Positions 19,565-29,237 of a DNA stretch of 64,000 bases are shown here, piece after piece. Source of the stretch: a virus. Location of the stretch: IMG/VR virus record IMGVR_UViG_3300024259_001791; one strand, given 5' to 3'. Position numbers and translations under genes: made by a program. A model generated the notes under the pieces. That model was not told the origin of the DNA. It made no database searches and saw only the letters and a program-made list of their open reading frames with translations. The first letter of the stretch is position 1. The number at the start of each line of letters is the position of its first letter.

Positions 19565-20611
19565 ATGAAATTCCAACGTTTTAGTTCCATTGACAACAGC
19601 TATCGCAGCAAGACTGTTAACCTTTTCATTGAGAAGGGTCTTTCTGATGGTGAGTGGACTGTTGGAGAAAAAATACATGGTTCGAATTTTTCTTTGTGGT
19701 GTGATGGAGAAGAGTTGATTTGTGCTAAGAGAGGAAGTTTCCTAAAGAATACTGACAACTTCTTCAACAACCACAAGGTTATGAGTGACCATAGAGAGCG
19801 TATGAGCGATCTTTTTGTGATTCTTGACAAAGAGGCTCATGGCGGATTTGATTGGGCCACGGAATTAGAGATCACGGAAGTAGACGATTTCGTAGTCTAC
19901 GGAGAAATCTTTGGTGGGTGGTATCCTCATCCTGACGTAGAGAAGGTCGAAGGGGCCGTTAAGGTTCAGAAGGGTATTTACTATAGCCCTAGAAATGAAT
20001 TCTATGCCTATGACATTAAGGTTAATGGACAGTTTATCAACGACGATGATTGCCAGAGGCTCTTGAAGGTTGTAGGGATTTTCAATGCAGAGCCTTTGTT
20101 CCGTGGAACTTTCAGAGAGTGCTTGGATTATCCTAACGAGTATCAATCTACTATCGCAAAGAGACTTGGTTTGCCAGTAATCGAAGACAATATCTGTGAG
20201 GGTAATGTGATTCGTCCTGTTCATGCTAAGTATCTCTCTTGTGGTTCTAGAGTTATCTTGAAGAACAAGAACGATAAGTGGTCTGAGAAGATGAAGGGAG
20301 AGCCGAAGGAGAAGAAAGAAGTTATTCTTTCTGAGGCGGCTTCTCAGTTGTTTGGAGAGATTAGTTCTCTCGTTACAGAGAATAGATTGAGAAACGTTCT
20401 ATCTAAGACTGGTCCGATTACTCAAAAGGAATTCGGAAAATTGCTTGGCTTGCTAATGCAAGATGCGTTTGAAGAGTTCAATAAGGATTGGGCGGAAGAC
20501 TTTGCGAAGTTGGGTAAGGACGAGTCTAAGACCATCAATAAGATGGCTAACCAGTCAGCAGCGGGTTTGATTAGAACCAACTTCTTGAATATTATTGACG
20601 AAACTTTTTGA
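19565..20611 (+). CDS. RNA ligase 2 (Rnl2 family)
   Basis: motif I EKIHGSNFS, GEIFGG, VQKGIYY, FYAYDI, EGNVIRP and ILKNKN. Confidence 0.92.
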   Translation: MKFQRFSSIDNSYRSKTVNLFIEKGLSDGEWTVGEKIHGSNFSLWCDGEELICAKRGSFLKNTDNFFNNHKVMSDHRERMSDLFVILDKEAHGGFDWATELEITEVDDFVVYGEIFGGWYPHPDVEKVEGAVKVQKGIYYSPRNEFYAYDIKVNGQFINDDDCQRLLKVVGIFNAEPLFRGTFRECLDYPNEYQSTIAKRLGLPVIEDNICEGNVIRPVHAKYLSCGSRVILKNKNDKWSEKMKGEPKEKKEVILSEAASQLFGEISSLVTENRLRNVLSKTGPITQKEFGKLLGLLMQDAFEEFNKDWAEDFAKLGKDESKTINKMANQSAAGLIRTNFLNIIDETF

Positions 20612-20644
20612 AAGGTTCATTCAACTTTAGTTTGAATTAATAAG

Positions 20645-21376
20645 ATGAACGAAAAAGAATTCAAAAACAGAGGACTCTCGATCATCACCAATTTCGGATG
20701 CGATACTGGTTGTAGTTATTGCATTTGGAAAGATCACATAATGATTAATACGCCCACAACTGTAATGTCTACAGACTGGGGTAAATTAAAGAAAATATTA
20801 TCTTTTTTCCCTCAAGATAAAATCAGCGTATCAGGTGGTGGTGATCCTCTCTTTAATTTTGAAAAGAATAAAAATTGGTGGAAATGTTTTTTTGCCATTT
20901 GTCATAAGTACGATAAAAAGATTGATGTCCATACGTCAAAACTTACGGAAGATGAATGGTTTTTGAAACACATAAATAGATATGTTTTGCATTTAAATTG
21001 GAATCGATTTATAGGCGGTGGTCGCTCAATTATGCCACAATTATTGGCATTACCCACAAAAATTAGATTAACATTTGTGGCAGTACCTCCAGAATCCACG
21101 GCAACTCCACACTTGCATCACGAAGCGGTTCTCGACATTCTTGAACAGTCAAGAAAAATAGAGGAATGTCAGGTCAGTTTTCGTGAATTATATGGTAGCA
21201 GTAGAGAGGAATGTGACGAATTTCAATATAAAAGATATTTAAGGGAACTAGACAGATTAATTCGAGTAATAGATAATAATAAAATCAAACTTGTCCGGCA
21301 GAATGACTATAATGTATACTACATGCCGGATAATAATTTATACACTGATTTTATGGGTTATGACAAAATATGCTAG
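20645..21376 (+). CDS. radical SAM protein
   Basis: CDTGCSYC (CxxxCxxC) and SVSGGGDPL. Confidence 0.85.
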   Translation: MNEKEFKNRGLSIITNFGCDTGCSYCIWKDHIMINTPTTVMSTDWGKLKKILSFFPQDKISVSGGGDPLFNFEKNKNWWKCFFAICHKYDKKIDVHTSKLTEDEWFLKHINRYVLHLNWNRFIGGGRSIMPQLLALPTKIRLTFVAVPPESTATPHLHHEAVLDILEQSRKIEECQVSFRELYGSSREECDEFQYKRYLRELDRLIRVIDNNKIKLVRQNDYNVYYMPDNNLYTDFMGYDKIC

Positions 21377-21385
21377 GAACATTAT

Positions 21386-21925
21386 ATGACTAAAGATAAG
21401 AAAAATACAACCGACAATGGGACTCTTTTGGCTGAAAAGAACAATATGTCTGTTGAAAAATATAAGCATTTGAAATCGCTTTTGAGACATATCAAAAACG
21501 TTCAAAGTGCTGCTGAATTATTGGGAGAAAGATTGATGGAAAAAGGCGAAGTCCAATTTGCTATCAATCTTATTAAGAATAGCATGGAACACGATCAAAG
21601 CAAATTCCATGGTATTGAGTGGGAATCTCTTACAAGAGTAGAAGAGGATAAAGAGCTACTCAAATTGTCTCTAAAACAACACGTTGAGGTTAACGAGCAT
21701 CATCCAGAGCATTGGGGTGGAATTGCAGAAATGCCACGAATCTTTATTGCAGAAATGGTGTGCGATTGTTTTGCTCGTTCTACCGAAATGGGAACAGATT
21801 TAAGACAGTGGATTAAAGACGTTGCTATGAAAAAGTATGAAATGACACCTAGAGGTAAATCATATAAAATTATCAAAGAATTTCTTGATTTGCTTTTAGA
21901 CGATCCGTTTGGAAAGGTGAAATAG
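21386..21925 (+). CDS. HD-like phosphohydrolase (DUF5662-like)
   Basis: RHIKNVQ, HDQSK, HHPEHW and EMVCD. Confidence 0.7.
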   Translation: MTKDKKNTTDNGTLLAEKNNMSVEKYKHLKSLLRHIKNVQSAAELLGERLMEKGEVQFAINLIKNSMEHDQSKFHGIEWESLTRVEEDKELLKLSLKQHVEVNEHHPEHWGGIAEMPRIFIAEMVCDCFARSTEMGTDLRQWIKDVAMKKYEMTPRGKSYKIIKEFLDLLLDDPFGKVK

Positions 21926-21943
21926 AAGTAGTTTATTTTCAAA

Positions 21944-22456
21944 ATGACGAAATACATTCGACAAACTAGACGAACGACTTGTGGACCGGTGGCAGTCCTA
22001 AATGCCTTGAAGTGGGCAGGTTACAATTTTACTCGTGAATCTCATTTCAATAAATTATGCAAAGAACTACAATGGTCGCCTTATCATAAAATGGGTTATG
22101 TGGGAACGCATCCTTATTACATTAGAAAAACGTTAGAAAAATATCCTAAGATAAGAACATTATATACTAGCAATTGTATTGATATAAAAGATTTAGATAG
22201 ATGTTTAGACTTCGATGATTTTTCTTTTATTATACGATATTTTTATAAACTAGGCAAAGAAACCATCGGTCATTATGTTTTTTGTCCGAAACGTACACTT
22301 AAAAAATATATATTTATTAATGATAAATATGGCAAGACTATAATGTATCGATCACGGAGTACAATGTCAAATAGGTTAAAGCAAACAAGCGACTGTGGTT
22401 TTACTTTACATCAACCTTATGTTTGGTTACTTCAAAGGTCTATAAAAAGGATATAA
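21944..22456 (+). CDS. papain-like / C39-like peptidase
   Basis: Q....CGPVAVLNAL, GHYVF and IND. Confidence 0.65.
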   Translation: MTKYIRQTRRTTCGPVAVLNALKWAGYNFTRESHFNKLCKELQWSPYHKMGYVGTHPYYIRKTLEKYPKIRTLYTSNCIDIKDLDRCLDFDDFSFIIRYFYKLGKETIGHYVFCPKRTLKKYIFINDKYGKTIMYRSRSTMSNRLKQTSDCGFTLHQPYVWLLQRSIKRI

Positions 22457-22457
22457 T

Positions 22458-23597
22458 ATGAGCGACTTAAAAGATTTTGATAAACCTGTCTCGCCACTTG
22501 GCGTACATTCTAGGGAAGATTATCAAGAGACAAATAAAGATTTAGAACACTTGAATATTACAAGTTATGGCAATCCAATTCTACCGCCATACCCATCGAA
22601 CCTGATATTCAAGGATGCTTTCTATCTTCCAAGCGGAAGAGTGTTTCTATTAGAATCAGGTGACGGTTATCCTCTTGAGTGTACTGAAATGAGGGACGTT
22701 TCAATCGGTGGAAAGCAACACCAAGAAGTGCGTACAAGTCTTGACCCGCACGTTATTTGGAAACACTTGGTTTCCTATCGAGACAAGTGGCTTTTGACGG
22801 TTTCAACGCAGAAAGGATGCCAGCATTTTTGCCATTTTTGCGATTGTGCATCATTGCCCTTTAAAGGCAACTTGACTACGTTAGAAATTATAGATCAAGT
22901 TAAGTTCATCTTAGAATCTACACCGTATGTAAAAACATGCAATAAGGCAAAAATCGGTTTTGCTCGTATGGGAGAGCCAGCACACAACTTGGAAAACGTT
23001 ATCGCTGCTATTAAGCACCTTCCTGTTATGACAAAAGCGGCTGGAAAAAGATTTAAATGGCTTCCATGCTTTAATTCTATTTTGCCAAGAAAAACTGTGC
23101 CTGACAAATATTCAGGCCATTATGTAATCTATGAAGTAATGAAAACCAAAGAAAAAGATTTCAATGGATTTCTTCACTTCCAGATTTCTTGTAATTCGAC
23201 TGATGAAGATAAGAGAAAAGAATTGTTCGGCGGTGCTGACGTTTTGACGATGAAAGAGATTATTACTGCGGTTAATGAATGCGATGTGACCAATCGTACA
23301 GTTACTCTTAATTTCATCGCCATGAAAGGCGTTCCTGTTGACGTTGAATATCTGATGAAGTTGGGATTAAATCCTAAAAAGTTTATGGTCAAATTGATCC
23401 CATTGAATGCAACTAATAACGCTGGTGAACACAAGTTGGAAACGGTTGCGAATTACGAGAATTACGAAGACTTGGTTGAATTAGGAAAAAGGTTCAATCA
23501 CTACGGTATCCCGACATGTGTGGATGCAATTGCTAAGTGTGAGGAAGCTGGACTATGTTGTGGGCAATTAGCCCATATTTTTGCGAATGGAGAATAA
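22458..23597 (+). CDS. RlmN/Cfr-like radical SAM enzyme
   Basis: VSTQKGCQHFCHFC, MGEP and C-terminal CCGQL. Confidence 0.8.
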   Translation: MSDLKDFDKPVSPLGVHSREDYQETNKDLEHLNITSYGNPILPPYPSNLIFKDAFYLPSGRVFLLESGDGYPLECTEMRDVSIGGKQHQEVRTSLDPHVIWKHLVSYRDKWLLTVSTQKGCQHFCHFCDCASLPFKGNLTTLEIIDQVKFILESTPYVKTCNKAKIGFARMGEPAHNLENVIAAIKHLPVMTKAAGKRFKWLPCFNSILPRKTVPDKYSGHYVIYEVMKTKEKDFNGFLHFQISCNSTDEDKRKELFGGADVLTMKEIITAVNECDVTNRTVTLNFIAMKGVPVDVEYLMKLGLNPKKFMVKLIPLNATNNAGEHKLETVANYENYEDLVELGKRFNHYGIPTCVDAIAKCEEAGLCCGQLAHIFANGE

Positions 23598-23598
23598 G

Positions 23599-24123
23599 AT
23601 GGAAATGTCAGCAGGAACAGAAGAAGCTGTAAACTTGTATAAAATGCTCAGAACTGCAAGGTCACTTGCGGAAGAAAAACACTTTGGTCAAAAGGATTTA
23701 CGTGGAGAAGATTATATCGGTCATGTTTATCAGGTGTCGTTGCCTTTTAAAGAAGCAGTTTTGGGCATGATTCCATTACGTACTAAAAAAGCCATTGTTG
23801 CATGGCTACACGATATTCTCGAAGATACAGATGTGACTGTAAACGATCTACGTGAACTTGGATTCACCGAAGATATTATTGAAGCTGTTGTGGCTATGAC
23901 CCACGTAAAGGGAGAACGTTATACCGATTATATTATTAGGGTTGGAGATAACGAAATCGCTCGTGATGTGAAAAAGGCTGATTTGACTCACAATATGGAT
24001 TTGCACAGAATCGCGTATAATTTCAAAAACCCCAGCAGAGATATGAAAAGAATCGAAAAGTATATCAGAGCATATGAATATCTTTTTGGAAGAGCGACTA
24101 AAGAGGAATATCTAAATCAATGA
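23599..24123 (+). CDS. HD-domain hydrolase (RelA/SpoT-hydrolase-like)
   Basis: HFGQKD..GEDYIGH, AWLHDILEDT and VKKADLTHN. Confidence 0.85.
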   Translation: MEMSAGTEEAVNLYKMLRTARSLAEEKHFGQKDLRGEDYIGHVYQVSLPFKEAVLGMIPLRTKKAIVAWLHDILEDTDVTVNDLRELGFTEDIIEAVVAMTHVKGERYTDYIIRVGDNEIARDVKKADLTHNMDLHRIAYNFKNPSRDMKRIEKYIRAYEYLFGRATKEEYLNQ

Positions 24124-24605
24124 AAATTTATGTAGCAAGTAAAGGCACTGTTAATAAAATGAGTAGACATCTTGATGTCCCTCATGTGCTTATATCTATG
24201 AAAGGGTCTGACGAAAGACGACCTTTTTTGATGCCAAATGCAAAAAGGATTGTCACACAATATTTTCTTTTTGATGATATCGATCTGTTCCAATTGGACA
24301 ATGAAACTGCTAGAGCCAAATTGCAGAAAAAGATCATAGCAGACGGTACGGGGATATTGTTTGACGAAGATAAGGCTGATAGGATTGTCAGCTTTGTCAA
24401 TTCATTCAAAGATAAAGTGGAAGCATTTATCTGCCAGTGTGACGCTGGTGTTTCAAGAAGTTCTGCTGTTGCTGCGGCAATAGCAAAGGAATTCGATATA
24501 ACAGATATAGACTATTTTAATCACGCATTATATTACCCAAATAGATGTGTGTATAAAATGGTTACGGAAGCCTTTGAGAAGGCGAGAAGGGAGACAAATA
24601 GATGA
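24120..24605 (+). CDS. protein-tyrosine/dual-specificity phosphatase-like protein
   Basis: CX5R P-loop CDAGVSRSSA. Confidence 0.8.
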   Translation: MKIYVASKGTVNKMSRHLDVPHVLISMKGSDERRPFLMPNAKRIVTQYFLFDDIDLFQLDNETARAKLQKKIIADGTGILFDEDKADRIVSFVNSFKDKVEAFICQCDAGVSRSSAVAAAIAKEFDITDIDYFNHALYYPNRCVYKMVTEAFEKARRETNR

Positions 24606-25102
24606 TATATGTAGAGTCACCTAAAGAGTTTAATTTCGATAATAAAAAGGATCATGTCAGCTTTTTTCTAGCAGGGGGAATTACAGATTGTCCAGATTGG
24701 CAACAAGAAATTAGAGGATTGCTTAAGGACGAAAAAGTTATTCTAGTAAATCCACGTAGGAAACATTGGGATATGAGCGGCGGCGATGAAGCCTCTCGTA
24801 AACAAATCACATGGGAATACAACAATCTAAGAGCAGTAGATATGATTTTGTTTTGGTTCCCAAAAGAAACGATGTGTCCCATTGTTTTGCTTGAATTAGG
24901 TTCATGGTTAGTAAAAAGGGAAACTCCTATCTTTGTTGGAGTCCACCCGAAATACGAAAGAAAATTAGATGTAGAAACTCAAACCAAACTTGCTAGACCT
25001 AATGTTGAAATCGTTGATTCATTAGAAGATTTGGCAGAACAAGTAAAGAAATCACATCCGCTTTTTGGAGCATTTTCTTTTACAACACCAGGCAATAAAT
25101 AG
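24602..25102 (+). CDS. nucleoside 2-deoxyribosyltransferase-like protein
   Basis: FLAGGIT..DWQ, NPRR, QITWE and PIVLLELG. Confidence 0.8.
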   Translation: MIYVESPKEFNFDNKKDHVSFFLAGGITDCPDWQQEIRGLLKDEKVILVNPRRKHWDMSGGDEASRKQITWEYNNLRAVDMILFWFPKETMCPIVLLELGSWLVKRETPIFVGVHPKYERKLDVETQTKLARPNVEIVDSLEDLAEQVKKSHPLFGAFSFTTPGNK

Positions 25103-25177
25103 CATAGTTGGTGATAACAAAGACGATAGAATGGTTGCAGATGATATGCAGTCAAATTTAGACAAAGGAGATTTATA

Positions 25178-25591
25178 ATGACTGAATTTAACAAAGTAAT
25201 TGTTGTAGGTAATTTGACTAAAGACCCCGAAGTAGTTGAAACGAAAAGTCCTACGACTTCCATCACAAATGTAAGAATAGCTGTGAACAGGACTTGGAAA
25301 TCACAAGACGGTGATCGTAAAAATGATGTTTGTTTCGTTGATGCTAAAGCATTTGGCAAAAATGCAGATAACATCGCAAAATATTGCCAAAAAGGAAAGT
25401 CCCTTCTCATCGAAGGTCGTCTTTCTATGGACGAATGGGAAGCAAAAGATGGTGGCGGAAAACGCAGTAAGCATTATATCACTGTAGAACGCTTTGAATT
25501 CCTTGGAAGTCCCCCAAGTAGCGATAACGCAGATGCGACAAGTAACGCAACTCCTGTTGCTGCTGGCGGTGAAGATAAATTAGATTTTTAA
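25178..25591 (+). CDS. ssb: single-stranded DNA-binding protein
   Basis: NKVIVVGNLTKDPE, IAVNR and IEGRL; acidic C-terminal tail ending LDF. Confidence 0.93.
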   Translation: MTEFNKVIVVGNLTKDPEVVETKSPTTSITNVRIAVNRTWKSQDGDRKNDVCFVDAKAFGKNADNIAKYCQKGKSLLIEGRLSMDEWEAKDGGGKRSKHYITVERFEFLGSPPSSDNADATSNATPVAAGGEDKLDF

Positions 25592-25595
25592 ATTT

Positions 25596-25725
25596 AAATA
25601 CTCATCCCTAGAACGATAAATAAATGGGACGACTGGATGGTTACGACCAAAATGGTGTCATATGATATGGTTTGACACGGCACGGTTGTCAGCGGTGGAG
25701 AATCGGGAATCCGCTATGAGTATTT
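25596..25725 (+). ncRNA. candidate structured ncRNA (unassigned)
   Basis: GC-richer intergenic stretch with four nested or abutting stems inside a closing stem AAATACTCAT/ATGAGTATTT; strand assumed from neighbours. Confidence 0.45.
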
Positions 25726-25729
25726 TATA

Positions 25730-25939
25730 ATGAAAGGAAATACTATGAAAATGATAGTTGCGAGATTGGATATTAGCGGTGAAAATGAGGATTCGGCGGT
25801 AAAAAAAGTTGCAGAGGCTCAAGCCAAATTGACAGAAGCAGTTGGTGATGATTGTCCCGTAACTGTTTTTCCATATAAAGGCAATACATCAGGTTTTATT
25901 AATGTGGATGTATTAGATTTAGATAATACAATAGCATAA
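25730..25939 (+). CDS. small hypothetical protein
   Basis: ORF track; SD AAGGA before ATG 25745 suggests a shorter start. Confidence 0.55.
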   Translation: MKGNTMKMIVARLDISGENEDSAVKKVAEAQAKLTEAVGDDCPVTVFPYKGNTSGFINVDVLDLDNTIA

Positions 25940-26019
25940 TTTTTTAGAAAGTTGTTTTTTCTTTCGCCACAAAGACTATAATACATAGAAGCAGAACTGA
26001 CGAGGCAGGGGAACGAAGT

Positions 26020-27348
26020 ATGGCAATGGAAAGAGACTCAACCCCTAGCGGCAAACGAACGGAATATCACAAGTTTGTCCTATCAGACGTAGACAATAAC
26101 AACAACAAGTTTTGGAATGTCGGTCTTTATGATAGCGGTGATGTAGAGATCGAATTCGGTAGAGTTGGCGTTACGAGAACACAAGGCGTACACAGAGGGG
26201 CAGGAAGCCACAAAATGACCTCTCTAATCAATTCTAAGGAGAAAAAGGGCTACAGAGAGTCGAAAGTGCTTGACGGCGATTTCGGTGCTTCTACAACCTC
26301 AAGTACCCAAAAGGTGAGTTCTTCTAAGTTAAAGAACATTGCTAGAGATCAAATTCAACATACTTCACCAGCCACTACAAAACTGATTGAATGGCTGGCA
26401 GAAGTTAACCGTCATAATATCGTGAAGGCTACTGGCGGATGCATCACCTATAACTCTAATAAAGGATTATTCCAAACAGAGCAAGGTATTGTTACGCCAG
26501 TAGCTATTTCCGAAGCTAGACTCCTATTGGACGATATTAGTGATTATATCGCTAAAGGCCAATATGATAGTTCTGTATTGAAACGTAAATTGGGCAGCTA
26601 TTTAATGCTTATTCCTCAAAATGTAGGCATGAAATTAAATGTAAGGAAATTCCTGCCTGACTTGCCAGCCGTACAAAGCCAAGGACAAATTCTTGACGCT
26701 TTGGATGCGTCTTATGTAAGTGCGACCTCACAACCACAAGATACGAAGAAGGCTACAAAGGTTGACAAAACGCCTAAGCTGTTTGAGACGAAGTTGATTA
26801 TCGTTTCCAAGGGCGATGTGTTTGATCGAATTAGAAAATTCTATGAGCGTTCTCGCAATAGAAGTCATTATAACGTATATGACTTGAAGGTGAAGAAAAT
26901 TTGGGAAGTCGAAATTGCTCATATGAAAGCAGCTTTTGAATTAATGGCCAAGAGGATTAAAAACGTAAATGAATTGTGGCATGGAACACAAGCAAGTAAC
27001 CTATTATCTATTCTAAAGGGTGGTCTTGTGATTCCTCCATCAAGTTCTTCCCATGTAACTGGCAGAATGTTTTATAATGGTATCTATTTTTCTGATCAAT
27101 CTACTAAAGCATTAAATTATGCCACAAGTTTTTGGGGAAGCAGTGATATCGGACGTTATTTCATGTTTATGGCAGATGTATCTATGGGCAAATATTATGT
27201 TCCATCAGGACCAAGAAGTTGCCTTCCACCTGCTGGTTATGATAGTTATTTCGCCCAGGGTCGTAAAAGCGGCGTACAAAATAATGAAATGATTGTGTTC
27301 AAAACATCTCAAGTTAATTTGCGTTATTTAGTGGAATTTGGTAAATAA
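26020..27348 (+). CDS. WGR-domain plus PARP-like ADP-ribosyltransferase
   Basis: N-terminal NNNKFW...IEFGRVG (WGR); C-terminal LWHGT, GIYFS..STKALNYA and NNEMIVF (H-Y-E triad); CTATAAT at 25976. Confidence 0.9.
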   Translation: MAMERDSTPSGKRTEYHKFVLSDVDNNNNKFWNVGLYDSGDVEIEFGRVGVTRTQGVHRGAGSHKMTSLINSKEKKGYRESKVLDGDFGASTTSSTQKVSSSKLKNIARDQIQHTSPATTKLIEWLAEVNRHNIVKATGGCITYNSNKGLFQTEQGIVTPVAISEARLLLDDISDYIAKGQYDSSVLKRKLGSYLMLIPQNVGMKLNVRKFLPDLPAVQSQGQILDALDASYVSATSQPQDTKKATKVDKTPKLFETKLIIVSKGDVFDRIRKFYERSRNRSHYNVYDLKVKKIWEVEIAHMKAAFELMAKRIKNVNELWHGTQASNLLSILKGGLVIPPSSSSHVTGRMFYNGIYFSDQSTKALNYATSFWGSSDIGRYFMFMADVSMGKYYVPSGPRSCLPPAGYDSYFAQGRKSGVQNNEMIVFKTSQVNLRYLVEFGK

Positions 27349-27400
27349 GAAAGGATTTTTTATAGTAAACTCCGAACATATAGGTAATGGAGTATACTGT

Positions 27401-28213
27401 ATGAAAAGAAAAATTGCACAATCTAAATACAAAAAATTAAATGACAGACAGTGGCTATATGAACATTATATTGATAAAAAACTTGGAACAAAAAAAATAT
27501 GCAAGTTGGCTGGGGCCAAAACACCTAATTCTGTTCGCCAATCTCTTATAAGGTTTAATATGCCGCTAAGATCAATAAGCGAAGGATTAACATGCAACAG
27601 AGAAGATGATGGATTTATATTTGATCAGGAAATACTAAATGGGTGTTTATTGGGTGATGGTTTTTTAAGGTCATATAATAAAAAAAGTGATCATTCTTAT
27701 CCTTATTTTTCCAAGAGAAATATACATTATGATCATGTGCTTTTCGTGGCCGATCAAATATTTAGTAATAACCACGAAAAAAGAATACAAGAAAGTAGCG
27801 AATTGTTTTTAGGGAAATATAGAACCATATTCCAGTTAAGAACTTTATCGCACAAAAAATTATTAAGGTATTTTAGAGAATGGTATCCACCAAATAAGAA
27901 TTATAAAAAAACCATACCAGATAGTTTAGTTTTAACGCCAACAGTATTATTACATTGGTTCCTGGATGATGGATGTTCTTATAGAAGGAAAAGAAAAACT
28001 AGACAAATTATAATTACTTTTTGTTCTGAATGTTTTTCTCTTCAAGAACAGAACAAAATACAAGAACAGTTTCAGTCTCGTTTTGGTATTAAAACATGGT
28101 TACACGAAACTAAAAGTGGACACAGAATAGAAATGAGTCAAAGTTATGCAGACAAGTTCTATAATGTTGTAGGAAGATGTCCTGTGCCTAGCATGGCATA
28201 CAAGTGGAAATAA
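27401..28213 (+). CDS. LAGLIDADG homing endonuclease
   Basis: GCLLGDGFL and HWFLDDG; ATG 27401 behind GGAG (track start 27338). Confidence 0.85.
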   Translation: MKRKIAQSKYKKLNDRQWLYEHYIDKKLGTKKICKLAGAKTPNSVRQSLIRFNMPLRSISEGLTCNREDDGFIFDQEILNGCLLGDGFLRSYNKKSDHSYPYFSKRNIHYDHVLFVADQIFSNNHEKRIQESSELFLGKYRTIFQLRTLSHKKLLRYFREWYPPNKNYKKTIPDSLVLTPTVLLHWFLDDGCSYRRKRKTRQIIITFCSECFSLQEQNKIQEQFQSRFGIKTWLHETKSGHRIEMSQSYADKFYNVVGRCPVPSMAYKWK

Positions 28214-28233
28214 TAAATAAAGGAGAAGTAGAT

Positions 28234-28446
28234 ATGTCTGAAACAGTTATTGTCAAAAGTGGCGGCGTTAGCTTGGGTGTTGTATTGTTTGTCGTCTTTT
28301 TGGTTCTGAAACTCGTTGGAACCATTGACTGGTCGTGGTGGTGGGTAACTGCCCCGTTGTGGATTCCGGCAGCTTTGGGGATCAGTATTTTTATTGTCAT
28401 TTTTGTTTTTGTCGTAATCGGATTAATCATAGCTAAATGTTGCTAA
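28234..28446 (+). CDS. small two-TM membrane protein
   Basis: LVLKLVGTIDWSWWWVTAPLW, a common phage membrane-protein motif; SD AAGGAG. Confidence 0.75.
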   Translation: MSETVIVKSGGVSLGVVLFVVFLVLKLVGTIDWSWWWVTAPLWIPAALGISIFIVIFVFVVIGLIIAKCC

Positions 28447-28517
28447 CGAAAGGAAAGAGTAAAATGATTCTATTTATAGTCGACAATGTTGATGGAGATA
28501 TAACGAAAGGGAAAACG

Positions 28518-29237
28518 ATGGATAGTACGAAACTAACACAACTTGTAAAGGATGTTGTTGCAGATTTTATTGCTGACGAAAAGCTGTTCAGTGCCTATGA
28601 CATTACAAAGACACTTCGCAGCGATGGTAACGATGTGAGGCATTTTGAAGTAAAAGACATCGTGCATGGTCTGTTTGCTAATTACGAAATGGACACTCAA
28701 ATGATCCGTACTGGCAAGCGTCTTTCTGGTGGCAGATGGACATTGGTATACCATCTAAATTGGCAAGACGTTTCCAACTATGACCCCAACGATGTTGCAG
28801 AAGTTGCAAAAGTTACTGATGATGGAACTTCTGGTCAAGATCGTGATAGCTACTCGGATACGCAAGATCGTGATAGCTACGATGTAGATGTAGACGAAGA
28901 GGACGAGGAAGATGATGATGTCGTTGACGTTAGCTATGTTGATGCGACCATCAATGACGACCATATTACTTTGTATAAAGATAATCGTCGTCGCGTTTGT
29001 ATCCCTGCTGAAAAGTTAAGAACAATCGGAGCGTATGTTGGTGAAGTGGTATACGCATTGCCTACCGCCGACAAGATTTCCATTACACAGACAGATACCG
29101 TTAATTCGCACCCTTATATCGTTGATAAGGATAATAACGTTCGTATCGGCAATCTTGTGCTAAACAAAGCTGGTCTTGGCTCTGTGGATGAAGTTGACTG
29201 TGCTGTACGTTGTGGTGACATCGTAATCATTCGCTAA
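28518..29237 (+). CDS. hypothetical protein with acidic linker and possible AbrB-like C-terminal domains
   Basis: DNRRRVCIPAE and DKDNNVRIG segments; Asp/Glu-rich middle. Confidence 0.55.
   Translation: MDSTKLTQLVKDVVADFIADEKLFSAYDITKTLRSDGNDVRHFEVKDIVHGLFANYEMDTQMIRTGKRLSGGRWTLVYHLNWQDVSNYDPNDVAEVAKVTDDGTSGQDRDSYSDTQDRDSYDVDVDEEDEEDDDVVDVSYVDATINDDHITLYKDNRRRVCIPAEKLRTIGAYVGEVVYALPTADKISITQTDTVNSHPYIVDKDNNVRIGNLVLNKAGLGSVDEVDCAVRCGDIVIIR

Noticed and set aside
27338-28213. group I intron hosting the LAGLIDADG ORF within the PARP gene
   Set aside because: the PARP ends naturally (NNEMIVF...YLVEF) and the next gene has its own SD and start; no intron core seen. The same applies to 6038-7168 and 34598-35566
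28836-28880. 18-bp duplication (QDRDSY twice, 27-bp period)
   Set aside because: in-frame expansion in an acidic linker; ordinary
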